Numbered from the stretch's first letter, positions 1 through 8,951 are shown. The stretch is 44,664 nucleotides of DNA from an uncultured Halobacteriales archaeon (GCA_964586205.1 CAZPIG010000004.1:1-44664), one strand, 5' to 3'. A program made the numbers and translations. Notes: generated by a model not told the origin, from the letters alone.

Positions 1-59
1 TGGTTGCAGGCCTTCGCCGTCTGGCACAATCGATGCCAAAGTTAACACCACCGTCGCGG

Positions 60-467
60 GGCGGTGTTTAGATACGATATCCAGAAGCGACCGCACTGCA
101 GCTTGGCGGTCGGAAGCCCCGGGCCGTTCACGGCGGCTTTAGTGATAGACGTGACTTTTGAATCGGTGGAGTCGGCATCAGGGGTGCAGTTCAGTGTGTC
201 TCGTCAGTGCAGCGGGGCCAGAAAGCCCCCGCGTGCTCGACCACCCGCGGCTCGCTGCGCTCCTCGCCTCGCTCCCTTCGGTCGCTCGGCTGCGGTGCTT
301 GCCGTGCGAGAGCCGTCGGCTCTCGCTGGCCTTCGCTCGCTCCCTCCAGTCGCTCGCGAAGACGTCGCCGGGGGTGGATCGAGCGCGCGGCCCCTTTCAG
401 TCCCACCCGACAGTAGTTGGTTCACTGGCTGTAGCGTGCCAGCTGGGTCGCTTATCGCAACGCCACC
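60..467. repeat. MITE-like palindromic intergenic repeat, copy A (longest copy, left arm internally duplicated)
   Basis: Ends GGCGGTGTTTAGATACG (60-76) and CTTATCGCAACGCCACC (451-467) resemble the inverted termini of copy B. It contains CGGAAGCCCCGGGCCGTTC, the arms AGAAAGCCCCCGCG..GCTCGACC and GGATCGAGC..GGCCCCTTTCAGTCCCACCC, and the CGCTCGCT-rich core shared with copies B, D and E. Boundaries are approximate. Confidence 0.6.
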
Positions 468-515
468 GTCCCGGGAGTCCACACTTTCTTGCAGCCGCCG
501 CGCGAACGGACCGCC

Positions 516-1499
516 ATGTCGTCCCCGGGCGGGCGCGACGAATCCGAGGGAGATAGTGAGCGCAGCGACTCCCCCGTGCCCGACCACTCCGCCGAACGCG
601 ACGATTCCACCGACCGGACCACCCCATCACCCCCGGGCCCCCGCGCCGTCCGGCGGCGGGCCTCCGTCGCCGCCATCCAGTGGGGACTGATCTACGGCTA
701 CGTTCTCGACACGGTCGGCCGACTCTTCACGAACTACTATCGCGCGACAGCGGGGGCGGCCGTCCCGCCGGACTGGGTGAACACGGTCCGGCTCGCGATC
801 CCGCTCGGCCTCCTCGTCGGGGGCGTCGGCGGCTACCGCTGGGTGGTCGGCGGCCGCGGCTCCGCCACCGCGGCGGCCCACCGCAAGCGGTGGGTCTTCG
901 TCGGCGCGCTCCTCGCGGGCGGCGCGTTCTCGTGGGTCCCGACGGTGGTGCTCGGCGACCGGCTGTACGCCGTACCCTACTTCCTCGTCCCCACGCTCGT
1001 CGCCGTCGCCGTCTTCGCCGTCGCCGTCGCCCTCGGCTACCGCGTCGACCGGGCGTGGTACCGCCGTCGCCGTCGGAAGCTCGGCGGGGCCGTCCAGGGA
1101 GCCCTCGGGGGGTTCCTGGTCCTGCTGTTCGGGGGCTTCGCCTACGGGGTCTACACCGCCGCGGCGCGGGTCGAGCGACCGTCCGTCGCCGTCGGACTCG
1201 ACGGCAGCCTCGTGGTCCCGCTGGCGGTCGGCGTCGGGGCCGTCGCCGGCTACGCCGCTGCCGACAGCGAGGCGAGCGGCGACCGTGCCGCCGAGTTCGT
1301 GACGGTGGTGCTGCTGGCGTTCTTCGGGGCCACCCCCGTGCTGGCGCTGGTCGCCCTCGTGGTCGGCGTGCTCGGGGTACCGGTCGGTGGGGTGGTGGCC
1401 TCGGCGGTCCTCGCGGCCGGGCCGTTCGTGCTGTCGGTCGGGGTCGCGGGGTACCTGACGTGGGGCGCACGGACGGACGTCCACCGCCTGTTCGTCTGA
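516..1499 (+). CDS. polytopic membrane protein of unknown function
   Basis: ORF 489-1499 with the first ATG at 516. Acidic, Ser/Pro-rich N-terminus followed by several long Ala/Val/Gly/Leu hydrophobic segments. Third codon positions are GC-rich. No family recognised. Confidence 0.5.
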   Translation: MSSPGGRDESEGDSERSDSPVPDHSAERDDSTDRTTPSPPGPRAVRRRASVAAIQWGLIYGYVLDTVGRLFTNYYRATAGAAVPPDWVNTVRLAIPLGLLVGGVGGYRWVVGGRGSATAAAHRKRWVFVGALLAGGAFSWVPTVVLGDRLYAVPYFLVPTLVAVAVFAVAVALGYRVDRAWYRRRRRKLGGAVQGALGGFLVLLFGGFAYGVYTAAARVERPSVAVGLDGSLVVPLAVGVGAVAGYAAADSEASGDRAAEFVTVVLLAFFGATPVLALVALVVGVLGVPVGGVVASAVLAAGPFVLSVGVAGYLTWGARTDVHRLFV

Positions 1500-1660
1500 C
1501 GGCCCCTCCGACGGTGCTCCGTGACCACGTCCGACCGCGCTCGGTCCGCACCGCCGCACCGCGGCCACGACGACACCGGACCAAGCCCCGACACTTCCGC
1601 CGCCGTCGGCATAAGCCTGCTGGAGGTAGCTTTTTGCCGACGCCCGGGAAACCACCGGAC

Positions 1661-2257
1661 ATGGAGGGGACGACCACCGTCGGGGACGTGATGACCCGCG
1701 AGTTCCTCGGCGTCAGCGAGGGCGACCCGGTCGCCGGCGTCGTCTCCCTGCTGGTCGACGAGGGCAGCGACTGCGCCGTCGTCCTCCGCGGCGACGACGC
1801 CGTCGGCCTCGTCCGTGACCGGGACGTGCTCGCCGCGGTGGCCGACGACGCCGACCTCGCCGCGACGACCGCGGACAGCCTCGCAGTCGAGCCGGGGCCG
1901 ACCGTCCCCGCCCAGGGAGCCCTCGCCGAGGCGGCCGCTGCGATGGCGGCCGCCGGCCGGCGCGTCCTCCTCGTCACCGAGGACGGCTCCCCCGCCGGCG
2001 TGGTCACGGCCCGCGACCTCGCGACCGCGCCGGCGGCGCTCGGGCCCGCCACCCCCGGCGCGAACGACCCCGCGGGCTCCCCGGACCCCGACGCCGCTCC
2101 GGACCCCGCGCCCACCGACCCCGCGAGCGGGCTGGCGGCCGGCGAGGACCCGGCGGCCTACTCCACCCAGAGCGTCTGCGAGCGCTGCGGGGCCCTCGCT
2201 GGCGACCTCCGAAACTTCAACGGCCAGCTAGTCTGCGCCGACTGCCGCGAGGCCTGA
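1661..2257 (+). CDS. CBS-domain pair protein with C-terminal zinc ribbon
   Basis: In-frame ATG at 1661 inside the run-on ORF 680-2257. VGDVMTREFLGV.. and ..RVLLVTEDGSPAGVVTARDL look like two CBS repeats. A Pro/Asp-rich linker precedes CERCG..(15)..CADC. Confidence 0.8.
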   Translation: MEGTTTVGDVMTREFLGVSEGDPVAGVVSLLVDEGSDCAVVLRGDDAVGLVRDRDVLAAVADDADLAATTADSLAVEPGPTVPAQGALAEAAAAMAAAGRRVLLVTEDGSPAGVVTARDLATAPAALGPATPGANDPAGSPDPDAAPDPAPTDPASGLAAGEDPAAYSTQSVCERCGALAGDLRNFNGQLVCADCREA

Positions 2258-2286
2258 CTCCGGGCGACGGCCACTCCGGCGACCCC

Positions 2287-2391
2287 CTCGGGCCACCACC
2301 CGAGGTAACTGCCAGTTCCACGCTCGACATCGAGGCCGCCGACGTCGACGACCTCGCTGCTCGGGCCACCACCCGAGGTAACTGCCAGTTC
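2287..2391 (+). promoter_or_regulatory. two perfect 32-nt direct repeats upstream of the livJ-like gene
   Basis: CTCGGGCCACCACCCGAGGTAACTGCCAGTTC occurs at 2287-2318 and 2360-2391 (73-nt period). Each copy contains the hairpin TCGGG-CCACCA-CCCGA. Confidence 0.5.
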
Positions 2392-2422
2392 GACGGCCCG
2401 ACGCGGGAATACAGCGATAGGA

Positions 2423-2430
2423 TTTATAAA
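2423..2430 (+). promoter_or_regulatory. TATA-box-like element of the livJ-like gene
   Basis: TTTATAAA lies about 20-30 nt upstream of the ATGs at 2448 and 2457. This spacing is typical of leaderless haloarchaeal transcripts. Confidence 0.5.
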
Positions 2431-2447
2431 CCCCCAATCAAAACCTT

Positions 2448-3746
2448 ATGACAGCCATGGTCCGTGGTACTAACAGGCGGAAGTTACTCAAAGGCATGGG
2501 CGTCGCAGGCACGGCCGGTCTCGCCGGCTGTCTCGGGAGCATCGGGGGCGGGTCCAGCGGACCCGACCTCCTCGTGGTCATCGGGTACCCGCAGTCCGGG
2601 ACCCAACTGTTCCGGGACTACTACAGCGACACGGACGCGAACCACGACGTCATCGTCCCCGACGGGCTCCGGGACGACGACCTGCCGAACCAGGTCGGCA
2701 ACGCGATGTCGAACGTGGTCGGGACGGCCCCCGGCGCGGCCGGGCCGAACCGGGACGCGTTCACGCAGATGTTCAACGAGCAGTACGGCAACGACCCCGG
2801 CGTGTTCACGCCGCACACGTTCGACTCGATGGCGGTGCAGATGCTCGCCAACGCCATGGCGGGCGAGAACAGCGGGCCCGCCATCAAGGGGTACATTCGC
2901 CAGGTGGCCCAGTCCGGCGGCACCGAGATCGGGCCGAGCAACCTCGCCGAGGGCGTCCGGCTCGCCGCCAACGGCGAGAACGTCCAGTACGAGGGAGCCT
3001 CCTCGGTCGTGGACTTCGACCAGCGCGGCGACCCCGCCTCCGCGACGTACAACATCTGGGAGTTCCAGGAGGGCGGCGGCACGACCAACACCGACTCGCT
3101 GGACTTCAGCGGGTCGCCGGGCGGCCCGATGGAGGGCGTCGGCCCCGGCGGCACCGACCGCACCATCCGGGTCGGCGTGCTGCTGCCGGAGACCGGCGAC
3201 CTCGGCTCGCTGGGCGGTCCGATGATAAACGCCGCGCAGCTGGCCGCCGACCAGGTCAACAACGGCGACGCACCGGTCGACGTGGACATCCAGGTCGAGG
3301 ACACCCAGACCGACCGGCAGGCCGCGCTGTCGGGGGCGAACGCGCTGGTCAACGCCGGCTACCCGTCGGTCTGCGGGACCGCCTCGTCCGGTAACAACGT
3401 CCCGGCGTCCCAGCAGGTGTTCATCCCGAACCAGGTCGTCGGCTGCTCGCCGTCGAGCACGGCGCTGAGCGTGTCGTTCTTCGAGGACGACGACTACATC
3501 TTCCGGACCGCGCCGAGCGACCTCCTGCAGGGCCAGGTCATCGCGCAGGTCGGGGCCGACAACCTCGGCGGGTCCACGGCGGCGACGCTGTACGTCAACA
3601 ACGACTACGGCCAGCAGCTATCCGAGCAGTTCACGACGACGTTCCAGGAGGAGTACGACGGCACGGTCTGGCGGGAGACCGCGTTCAACATGAACGAGTC
3701 GTCGTACACGTCGGTCATCGAGCAGGCGCTGGCCGAGCCGGAGTAG
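2448..3746 (+). CDS. livJ: LivJ-type (type I periplasmic binding fold) branched-chain amino acid ABC substrate-binding lipoprotein, apparently circularly permuted
   Basis: Tat motif NRRKLL and lipobox LAGC. Residues about 39-205 (PDLLVVIGYPQSG..FTPHTFDSMAVQMLANAMAG..YEGASSVVDFDQRGD..YNIWEF) look like the C-terminal half of LivJ-like proteins. Residues about 239-432 (TIRVGVLLPETGDLGSLG..AAQLAADQVN..IFRTAPSD..ATLYVNNDYGQQL) look like the N-terminal half. Confidence 0.8.
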   Translation: MTAMVRGTNRRKLLKGMGVAGTAGLAGCLGSIGGGSSGPDLLVVIGYPQSGTQLFRDYYSDTDANHDVIVPDGLRDDDLPNQVGNAMSNVVGTAPGAAGPNRDAFTQMFNEQYGNDPGVFTPHTFDSMAVQMLANAMAGENSGPAIKGYIRQVAQSGGTEIGPSNLAEGVRLAANGENVQYEGASSVVDFDQRGDPASATYNIWEFQEGGGTTNTDSLDFSGSPGGPMEGVGPGGTDRTIRVGVLLPETGDLGSLGGPMINAAQLAADQVNNGDAPVDVDIQVEDTQTDRQAALSGANALVNAGYPSVCGTASSGNNVPASQQVFIPNQVVGCSPSSTALSVSFFEDDDYIFRTAPSDLLQGQVIAQVGADNLGGSTAATLYVNNDYGQQLSEQFTTTFQEEYDGTVWRETAFNMNESSYTSVIEQALAEPE

Positions 3747-3896
3747 GTTTCGTCGGCGGGTCAGTTTCCGCGGTTTCTTTCGGGTGTGCGTCAGTAGGTG
3801 CGAGTGTCGTGTACGTGCGCGTCGGGAGTGGTCGTGCGCGCCACGGCTGAGTGCGAACATCGCGTGCGCGCAGGAGTGGAGGGGAGCGTGACGCCT

Positions 3897-4601
3897 TCAG
3901 CCCCCGAGGAACTCCTGGCGCACCTCCTCGTCCGAAAGCAGCGCGTCGCCGGTGTCCTCGTAGCGGTTCTGGCCCTGCGCGAGCACGTAGCCGCGGTCGC
4001 ACCGGCGCAACGCCTCGCGGGCGTTCTGCTCGACCATCAGCACCGCCGTCCCCGCCCCGTTTATCTCGTCTATCTTGTCGAACACCTCGTCGACGAGGTC
4101 CGGGGCCAGCCCGGCGCTCGGCTCGTCGAGCAGCAGCAGGTCCGGCGACAGCATCAGCGCCCGCCCCATCGCCAGCATCTGCTGCTGGCCGCCGCTCATC
4201 GTCCCGGCGCGTTGGTCGCGGCGCTCCTCGAGGATGGGAAAGCGCGCGAAGACCTCCGCGAGGGCCTCGTCGGGGACCTCGTCCAGTATGTACGCGCCCA
4301 TCTCGAGGTTCTCGACGACCGACAGCGTCGGGAAGACGTTGTCGCTCTGGGGAACGTAGCCGAGCCCGAGGTGGATTATCTCCTCGGGTAGCATGCCGGT
4401 GATGTCCTCGCCGTCGAAGGTGATGGTGCCGCCCATGTGGGTGGTCAGCCCGAAGACGGACTTCATCACGGTGGACTTGCCGGCCCCGTTCGGACCCACG
4501 AGGGCGACGTACTCCCCCTCCTCGACCGCCAGGTCCACGCTATCGAGTATCTGGAGGTCGCCGTAGCCCGCGTCGAGGTCCGCGACGGAGAGGAGCGTCA
4601 T
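3897..4601 (-). CDS. livF: branched-chain amino acid ABC transporter ATP-binding protein LivF
   Basis: MTLLSVADLDAGYG.., Walker A GPNGAGKST, signature SGGQQQ, Walker B LLLLDEPS. The ATG at 4601 overlaps the livG stop (ATGA). Confidence 0.9.
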   Translation of the reverse strand: MTLLSVADLDAGYGDLQILDSVDLAVEEGEYVALVGPNGAGKSTVMKSVFGLTTHMGGTITFDGEDITGMLPEEIIHLGLGYVPQSDNVFPTLSVVENLEMGAYILDEVPDEALAEVFARFPILEERRDQRAGTMSGGQQQMLAMGRALMLSPDLLLLDEPSAGLAPDLVDEVFDKIDEINGAGTAVLMVEQNAREALRRCDRGYVLAQGQNRYEDTGDALLSDEEVRQEFLGG

Positions 4602-5656
4602 TCCATCCCCCCGCCGAGGTAGGCCTCGAGGACGCGCTCGTCGTCGCGGACCTCCGCCGGCGTCCCGCTGGTGAGCACCCTGCCCTGGTGCATCACCACC
4701 ACGTGCTCGCAGTGGTTCATCACCACGTCCATGTCGTGCTCGACCAGCAGGAAGGTGTAGCCCTCGTCGACGAGCGCGTGGAGGTGCTCCAGCAGCTTCT
4801 TCTCCAGGGTGGGGTTGACGCCCGCGAGCGGCTCGTCGAGCAGCAGCATCGACGGGTCGGTCATCAGCGCGCGGGCCATCTCCAGCAGCTTCCGCTGGCC
4901 GCCGGAGAGGTTCTCGGCGTACTCGTCGGCGAGGTGGTCTATCTCGAAGAAGTCGAGGACCTCCCACGCCCGCTCGAGGACGGCGGTCTCCTCGGAGACC
5001 ACGCGGTCGCGGGCCACCGGGAGCACCGACCGCCAGAGCTGCTCGCCGCTCTGGTGCTTCGGCGCGAGCATCATGTTCTCCAGTACCGTCATCCCGCCTA
5101 GCTCGCGGGCTATCTGGAACGTCCGGACGAGCCCGCGGTCGGCCACCTGGTGGGGCCGCAGGTGGGTGATGTCCTCGCCGTCGAAGTACACCGCGCCGCC
5201 GTCGGCGCGGTGGATGCCGGTGACGAGGTTGAACGTCGTGGACTTGCCGGCCCCGTTCGGGCCGATGAGCCCGGTCAGCGTCCCGCGCTCTATCTCGAAG
5301 GTCGCGCCGTCCACGGCGGTGATGCCCCCGAAGCTCTTCCGGAGGTCCTCGACCCGGAGCGGCGTCTCCGACAGCGACGGGGCCGCCCCCTCGACCATCG
5401 AGAGCGACGCCGACCCGTCGGTCGCCGCACCGTCGCCCTCGCTCGCCGCGCCGCTCTCGCTTGCCGTTCCGCCGTCGGTCACTGGTGGGACGCCGTCGTC
5501 CGTCGCTCCGCCGTCGCTGGCGGTCCCGTTCTCGCTCGTCGCTCCGCCGTCGCTCGCTGCTCGGACAGCGTCGTCCGTCCTTCCGCTCTCGCTGGCGGTG
5601 CCGCCGTCGTCCGTCCCCTCGCCGTCGCGCGCCGCCCCGCCGTCGCTCGCCGTCAC
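4598..5656 (-). CDS. livG: branched-chain amino acid ABC transporter ATP-binding protein LivG with Asp/Gly/Ser/Thr-rich N-terminal extension
   Basis: GPNGAGKSTTFN, LSGGQRKLLE, LLLDEPLAG. A GTG at 5656 overlaps the livM stop (GTGA). An alternative internal ATG lies at 5398, before the conserved core. Confidence 0.85.
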   Translation of the reverse strand: MTASDGGAARDGEGTDDGGTASESGRTDDAVRAASDGGATSENGTASDGGATDDGVPPVTDGGTASESGAASEGDGAATDGSASLSMVEGAAPSLSETPLRVEDLRKSFGGITAVDGATFEIERGTLTGLIGPNGAGKSTTFNLVTGIHRADGGAVYFDGEDITHLRPHQVADRGLVRTFQIARELGGMTVLENMMLAPKHQSGEQLWRSVLPVARDRVVSEETAVLERAWEVLDFFEIDHLADEYAENLSGGQRKLLEMARALMTDPSMLLLDEPLAGVNPTLEKKLLEHLHALVDEGYTFLLVEHDMDVVMNHCEHVVVMHQGRVLTSGTPAEVRDDERVLEAYLGGGME

Positions 5657-7647
5657 GGCTGCTCACCCCCGCCGCTCGTCGCTCCGTCGTCGCTCGCCGC
5701 CGCGCCCCCGTCGGCCGCGACCTCGCCGCCGACGGGCGCGCCCGCGGGCGCGCGGTCGCGGCGGCCGAGCGGCACGCTCGCGGCCTCCTCCTTGCGGTGG
5801 CCCAGCAGCCCCTCGGGCCGGAAGCGTATCAGGACGACGAGCACGCACCCCATGAACACCAACTGGAGGGCGTTGATGGACCCGAAGGCGTACGCGAAGA
5901 AGGGCACCGGGTCGCCGCCGGCGGCGACGAGCACGCCGACCACCGCGAGGACCGCCAGCGTCCCGCCCGCGCCGACGGCGACGTCGGCCGCCTCGATGCC
6001 CTCGTGGTCGACGAGGAAGCGCTCGACGAGGTAGGTGCCGGCCGCGCCGACCGCGAGCAGCACGACGGCGAGCGCGAACCCGCCCAGCGCCGCCGCGACG
6101 GCCGCGACGACGAGGACGGCGGCCAGCGCCCCGCCGCGGCGGGCCGGGCGGACGGGGAGGCCCATCCGGCGCTCGATGCCGACGCCGGCCCCGTAGGCCA
6201 GCACCCCGCCGACGGCGAGCAGCGCGGTCGCGACCAGGGGGCTGCCCACGCCGGCGGCCACCAGCCCGTCCACCAGCAGGACCGCGACTGTCACGACCGC
6301 CCCGAGGCCCGCCGCCGCCCGGCCGTCCCGCCGGGCGGCGACCCGGTCGGTCCCGTAGGCGACGCCGCCGAGCACGCCGAGGACCGCGAGTATCGGCACG
6401 GCGTTGGCAACGCCGCCGAACGCGAGCACGGGGTCGAACAGCGGCGCGAGCGCGGCCGCCAGCGTCGGCGGCGCGTCGGGCAGCGACACTAGCTCCGTGA
6501 CGACGTTCTTGACGTAGCGCGGCCCCTCGAACAGCACCGCGGCGAACAGGGCCGCCCCGAGGACGCTGCCGGTGTTCGACCCCGCGCCGCCGATGACCAG
6601 CGCGACCCAGACGTAGAAGGTGAACTTCGGCCGGAAGGAGTTCGGCGTCACCGCGCCCTGGCGCATCTGCCAGAGGATGCCCGCCAGCCCCATCAGCGCG
6701 CAGCCGAGCATGAACGCCTTTATCTTGAACCGCGCGGTGTCCTTGCCGAGCGAGTTGGCGACCTGCTCGTCCTCGCGGATGGCCTTGAGCACCCGCCCGA
6801 ACGGCGACCGGCCGACGCGGGCGAGCAGCCAGTAGTAGGCCGTCACGAAGACGACCAGCAGGATGGCCGCGTAGGTCAGGCCGTCGACGATGGGGCGGAT
6901 GGACTCCGCGAAGTACGGGTCCAGCGCCGCGACCAGCGCCGCGTAGGGCGTGAAGTCGGTGAACGGGACCGTGAAGTTGAACAGGGGCGCGAGCGGGTCC
7001 GGGTAGTTCAGGATGAGCCCGCGGCCGCCGCCGGTCCCCAGCGGGACCCCGTCGCCGAGCAGCCGCGAGAACAGCGTGAACTCGACCGGCCCGAGGGCGA
7101 TGGTGACGGGCCGGACGGTCACCGACTGGAACTGCGAGGACAGGTAGAAGAAGCGGACTATCTCGGCCATGGCGATGGTCGTGATGGCGAGGTAGTCCGC
7201 CCGCATCCGGAGCGCCGGCAGCGCGACCACGAGTCCCAGGAGCGCGGCGACGAGGACGCCGGCGAGGATGCCCACCGGCAGCGGCAGGCCGAGCCCGGAT
7301 ATCTGGGCCGCGCCCTGGCCGGTGACTGCGGGCTTCGAGACCATGGCCATCGTGTAGAGGCCGACCGCGACGAAGCCCGCGATGCCGATGTTGAACAGGC
7401 CCGTGTACCCCCAGTGGAGGTTCAGCGCGAGCGCGAGCAGCGCGTAGATGGCCACGAGGAAGGTCAGCCGCGACAGCGAGTTCAGTTGCCCCCGCAGCGA
7501 GTAGCCCAGCACGGAGCCGACCAGCAGGTAGCCCGCGTACATGACCGCGAGCGCGACCAGCAGCTTCACCCAGTCGTGGTCCCACGCGCTCCGGAGCCGG
7601 TCACCGTAGCGCTCGGTGGCGTCGCCCACCGCTTGCAGCCCGCTCAT
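5653..7647 (-). CDS. livM: branched-chain amino acid ABC transporter permease LivM (enlarged, extra TM-rich insertion near the C-terminus)
   Basis: ATG at 7647 inside the run-on ORF 5653-8994. LALNLHWGYTGLFNIGIAGFVAVGLYT is the LivM signature region. An insertion of about 200 aa of additional hydrophobic segments precedes the final ..IRFRPEGLLG helix. Confidence 0.85.
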   Translation of the reverse strand: MSGLQAVGDATERYGDRLRSAWDHDWVKLLVALAVMYAGYLLVGSVLGYSLRGQLNSLSRLTFLVAIYALLALALNLHWGYTGLFNIGIAGFVAVGLYTMAMVSKPAVTGQGAAQISGLGLPLPVGILAGVLVAALLGLVVALPALRMRADYLAITTIAMAEIVRFFYLSSQFQSVTVRPVTIALGPVEFTLFSRLLGDGVPLGTGGGRGLILNYPDPLAPLFNFTVPFTDFTPYAALVAALDPYFAESIRPIVDGLTYAAILLVVFVTAYYWLLARVGRSPFGRVLKAIREDEQVANSLGKDTARFKIKAFMLGCALMGLAGILWQMRQGAVTPNSFRPKFTFYVWVALVIGGAGSNTGSVLGAALFAAVLFEGPRYVKNVVTELVSLPDAPPTLAAALAPLFDPVLAFGGVANAVPILAVLGVLGGVAYGTDRVAARRDGRAAAGLGAVVTVAVLLVDGLVAAGVGSPLVATALLAVGGVLAYGAGVGIERRMGLPVRPARRGGALAAVLVVAAVAAALGGFALAVVLLAVGAAGTYLVERFLVDHEGIEAADVAVGAGGTLAVLAVVGVLVAAGGDPVPFFAYAFGSINALQLVFMGCVLVVLIRFRPEGLLGHRKEEAASVPLGRRDRAPAGAPVGGEVAADGGAAASDDGATSGGGEQP

Positions 7648-8783
7648 GCTGTCGACCTCCCGGCGAACAGCCCCTCCGGTCTGAACAGGAGGATGAGTAT
7701 CATCACCGCGAACGCGGTCGCGCGGGCGAAGTCGGTGGGAATCCAGAGCGTCGAGAGGTTCATCGCGAGGCCGATGACGACGCCGCCGAAGATGGCCCCG
7801 TAGATGGAGCCGATGCCGCCGAGGATGACGGCGGCGAAGATGAGCAACAGCAGCACCCAGCCGAACTGGAAGGAGATGGTCCCCGTCCAGAGCACGAGCA
7901 CGTAGCCGGCGACGCCGGCGAGGCCGCCGCCGATGACCCACGTCCACGTGACCACGCGCTCGGTCGGGATGCCGGTGACCCGGGCGAGGTCCTCGTTGTC
8001 CGCCATCGCCCGCATCGCCTTGCCCAGCTTGGTGCGCTGGAGCAGCAGGTGGACGCCGACCATCAGGCTCACCGTCACCGCCACCAGCGTGACGTCGTGG
8101 GCGCTGACCCCGACCGTGCCGTCGATGAAGACCAGGTCGACCCCGGCGATGGAGCCGAGGGCGGTAGTGCCGCGCCGCGCCGTCGTGTAGGCGAAGACGA
8201 CGAGGTATCGGAGCGCGAACGCCACCCCGACGCTGGCGATGAGGAGGGTGATGCCGGTCTGGGCGCGCATCGGCTCGTAGACGAGGCGGTCTATCGCGAG
8301 CGAGAGCGCGACGGCGGCGACCCCGGCCACCACGACGCCGGCCAGCACCGCCAGCGGCGTCGACGTGGCGGTGATGCCCAGTTGGCTGCCGAAGATGTCG
8401 CCCGCCGCGCCGACGAGCAGCAGGTCGGCCGCCGGCGCGGTGCCGAGGCCGGCTATCAGGTAGGTGACGCCCCAGCCGGCGAACGCGCCGGTCGTGACGT
8501 AGTCGCCGTGCGAGAAGTTCGCGAAGTTGAGGATGCTGTAGGTCAGCGACAGGCCGACGCCCGCGAGCCCGATGACCAGCCCTCGCATGAGCCCGTCCCA
8601 GAGCAACTCGGCGAGGTTGGAGAACGCCAGCGACCCGGTCGCCAGGCCCACCAGCACGTCGAACACCATCCAGAGTGCGACGAGCCCCACGACCACCTGT
8701 CCGAGTGCCGTGCGGGGCTCGCTTGCGAGCGCACCGCGCGCCCGCGCGAGCGTCCCGCCGCGACCGACCGATGTCAGGTCCAT
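7644..8783 (-). CDS. livH: branched-chain amino acid ABC transporter permease LivH
   Basis: ATG at 8783 inside the run-on ORF 7644-10166. GLSLTYSILNFANFSHGDYVTTGAF is a LivH-type motif. The stop overlaps the livM ATG (ATGA). Confidence 0.9.
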   Translation of the reverse strand: MDLTSVGRGGTLARARGALASEPRTALGQVVVGLVALWMVFDVLVGLATGSLAFSNLAELLWDGLMRGLVIGLAGVGLSLTYSILNFANFSHGDYVTTGAFAGWGVTYLIAGLGTAPAADLLLVGAAGDIFGSQLGITATSTPLAVLAGVVVAGVAAVALSLAIDRLVYEPMRAQTGITLLIASVGVAFALRYLVVFAYTTARRGTTALGSIAGVDLVFIDGTVGVSAHDVTLVAVTVSLMVGVHLLLQRTKLGKAMRAMADNEDLARVTGIPTERVVTWTWVIGGGLAGVAGYVLVLWTGTISFQFGWVLLLLIFAAVILGGIGSIYGAIFGGVVIGLAMNLSTLWIPTDFARATAFAVMILILLFRPEGLFAGRSTA

Positions 8784-8806
8784 CACCCGAACGAAACTGC
8801 GACGCG

Positions 8807-8815
8807 ATATTAAAA
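8807..8815 (-). promoter_or_regulatory. TATA-box-like element of the livHMGF operon
   Basis: The minus strand reads CTTTTAATAT, centred about 28 nt upstream of the livH ATG (8783). Confidence 0.5.
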
Positions 8816-8951
8816 GCTTCCGTGCCCCTCGCCGCTCTATTCGGACACCGTATCGATGCAACGAACGGTCGCGGCGTGGGGAACGAACGACCGCGGGGCG
8901 GGAGCGGGTGGTCGCCCTCGCGCGGCCGACGACCGTTCCCCCGGCCCGTGG

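Noticed and set aside
1-45. A possible 3' end of a plus-strand gene (..WLQAFAVWHNRCQS-stop) at the left window edge.
   Set aside because: Only 14 codons are visible, which is too short to support a feature.
727-2115. Very long Arg/Pro/Gly/Ala-rich ORFs on alternative frames or strands. Examples: 727-2115 (-), 5461-6492 (+), 5663-7585 (-), 11660-12877 (+), 20437-22857 (-), 24315-26219 (+), 38067-39905 (+), 39890-42454 (+).
   Set aside because: They overlap well-supported genes with recognisable families. Their composition is dominated by Arg, Pro, Gly and Ala, as expected for stop-poor shadow frames in about 70% G+C DNA. They have no motifs.
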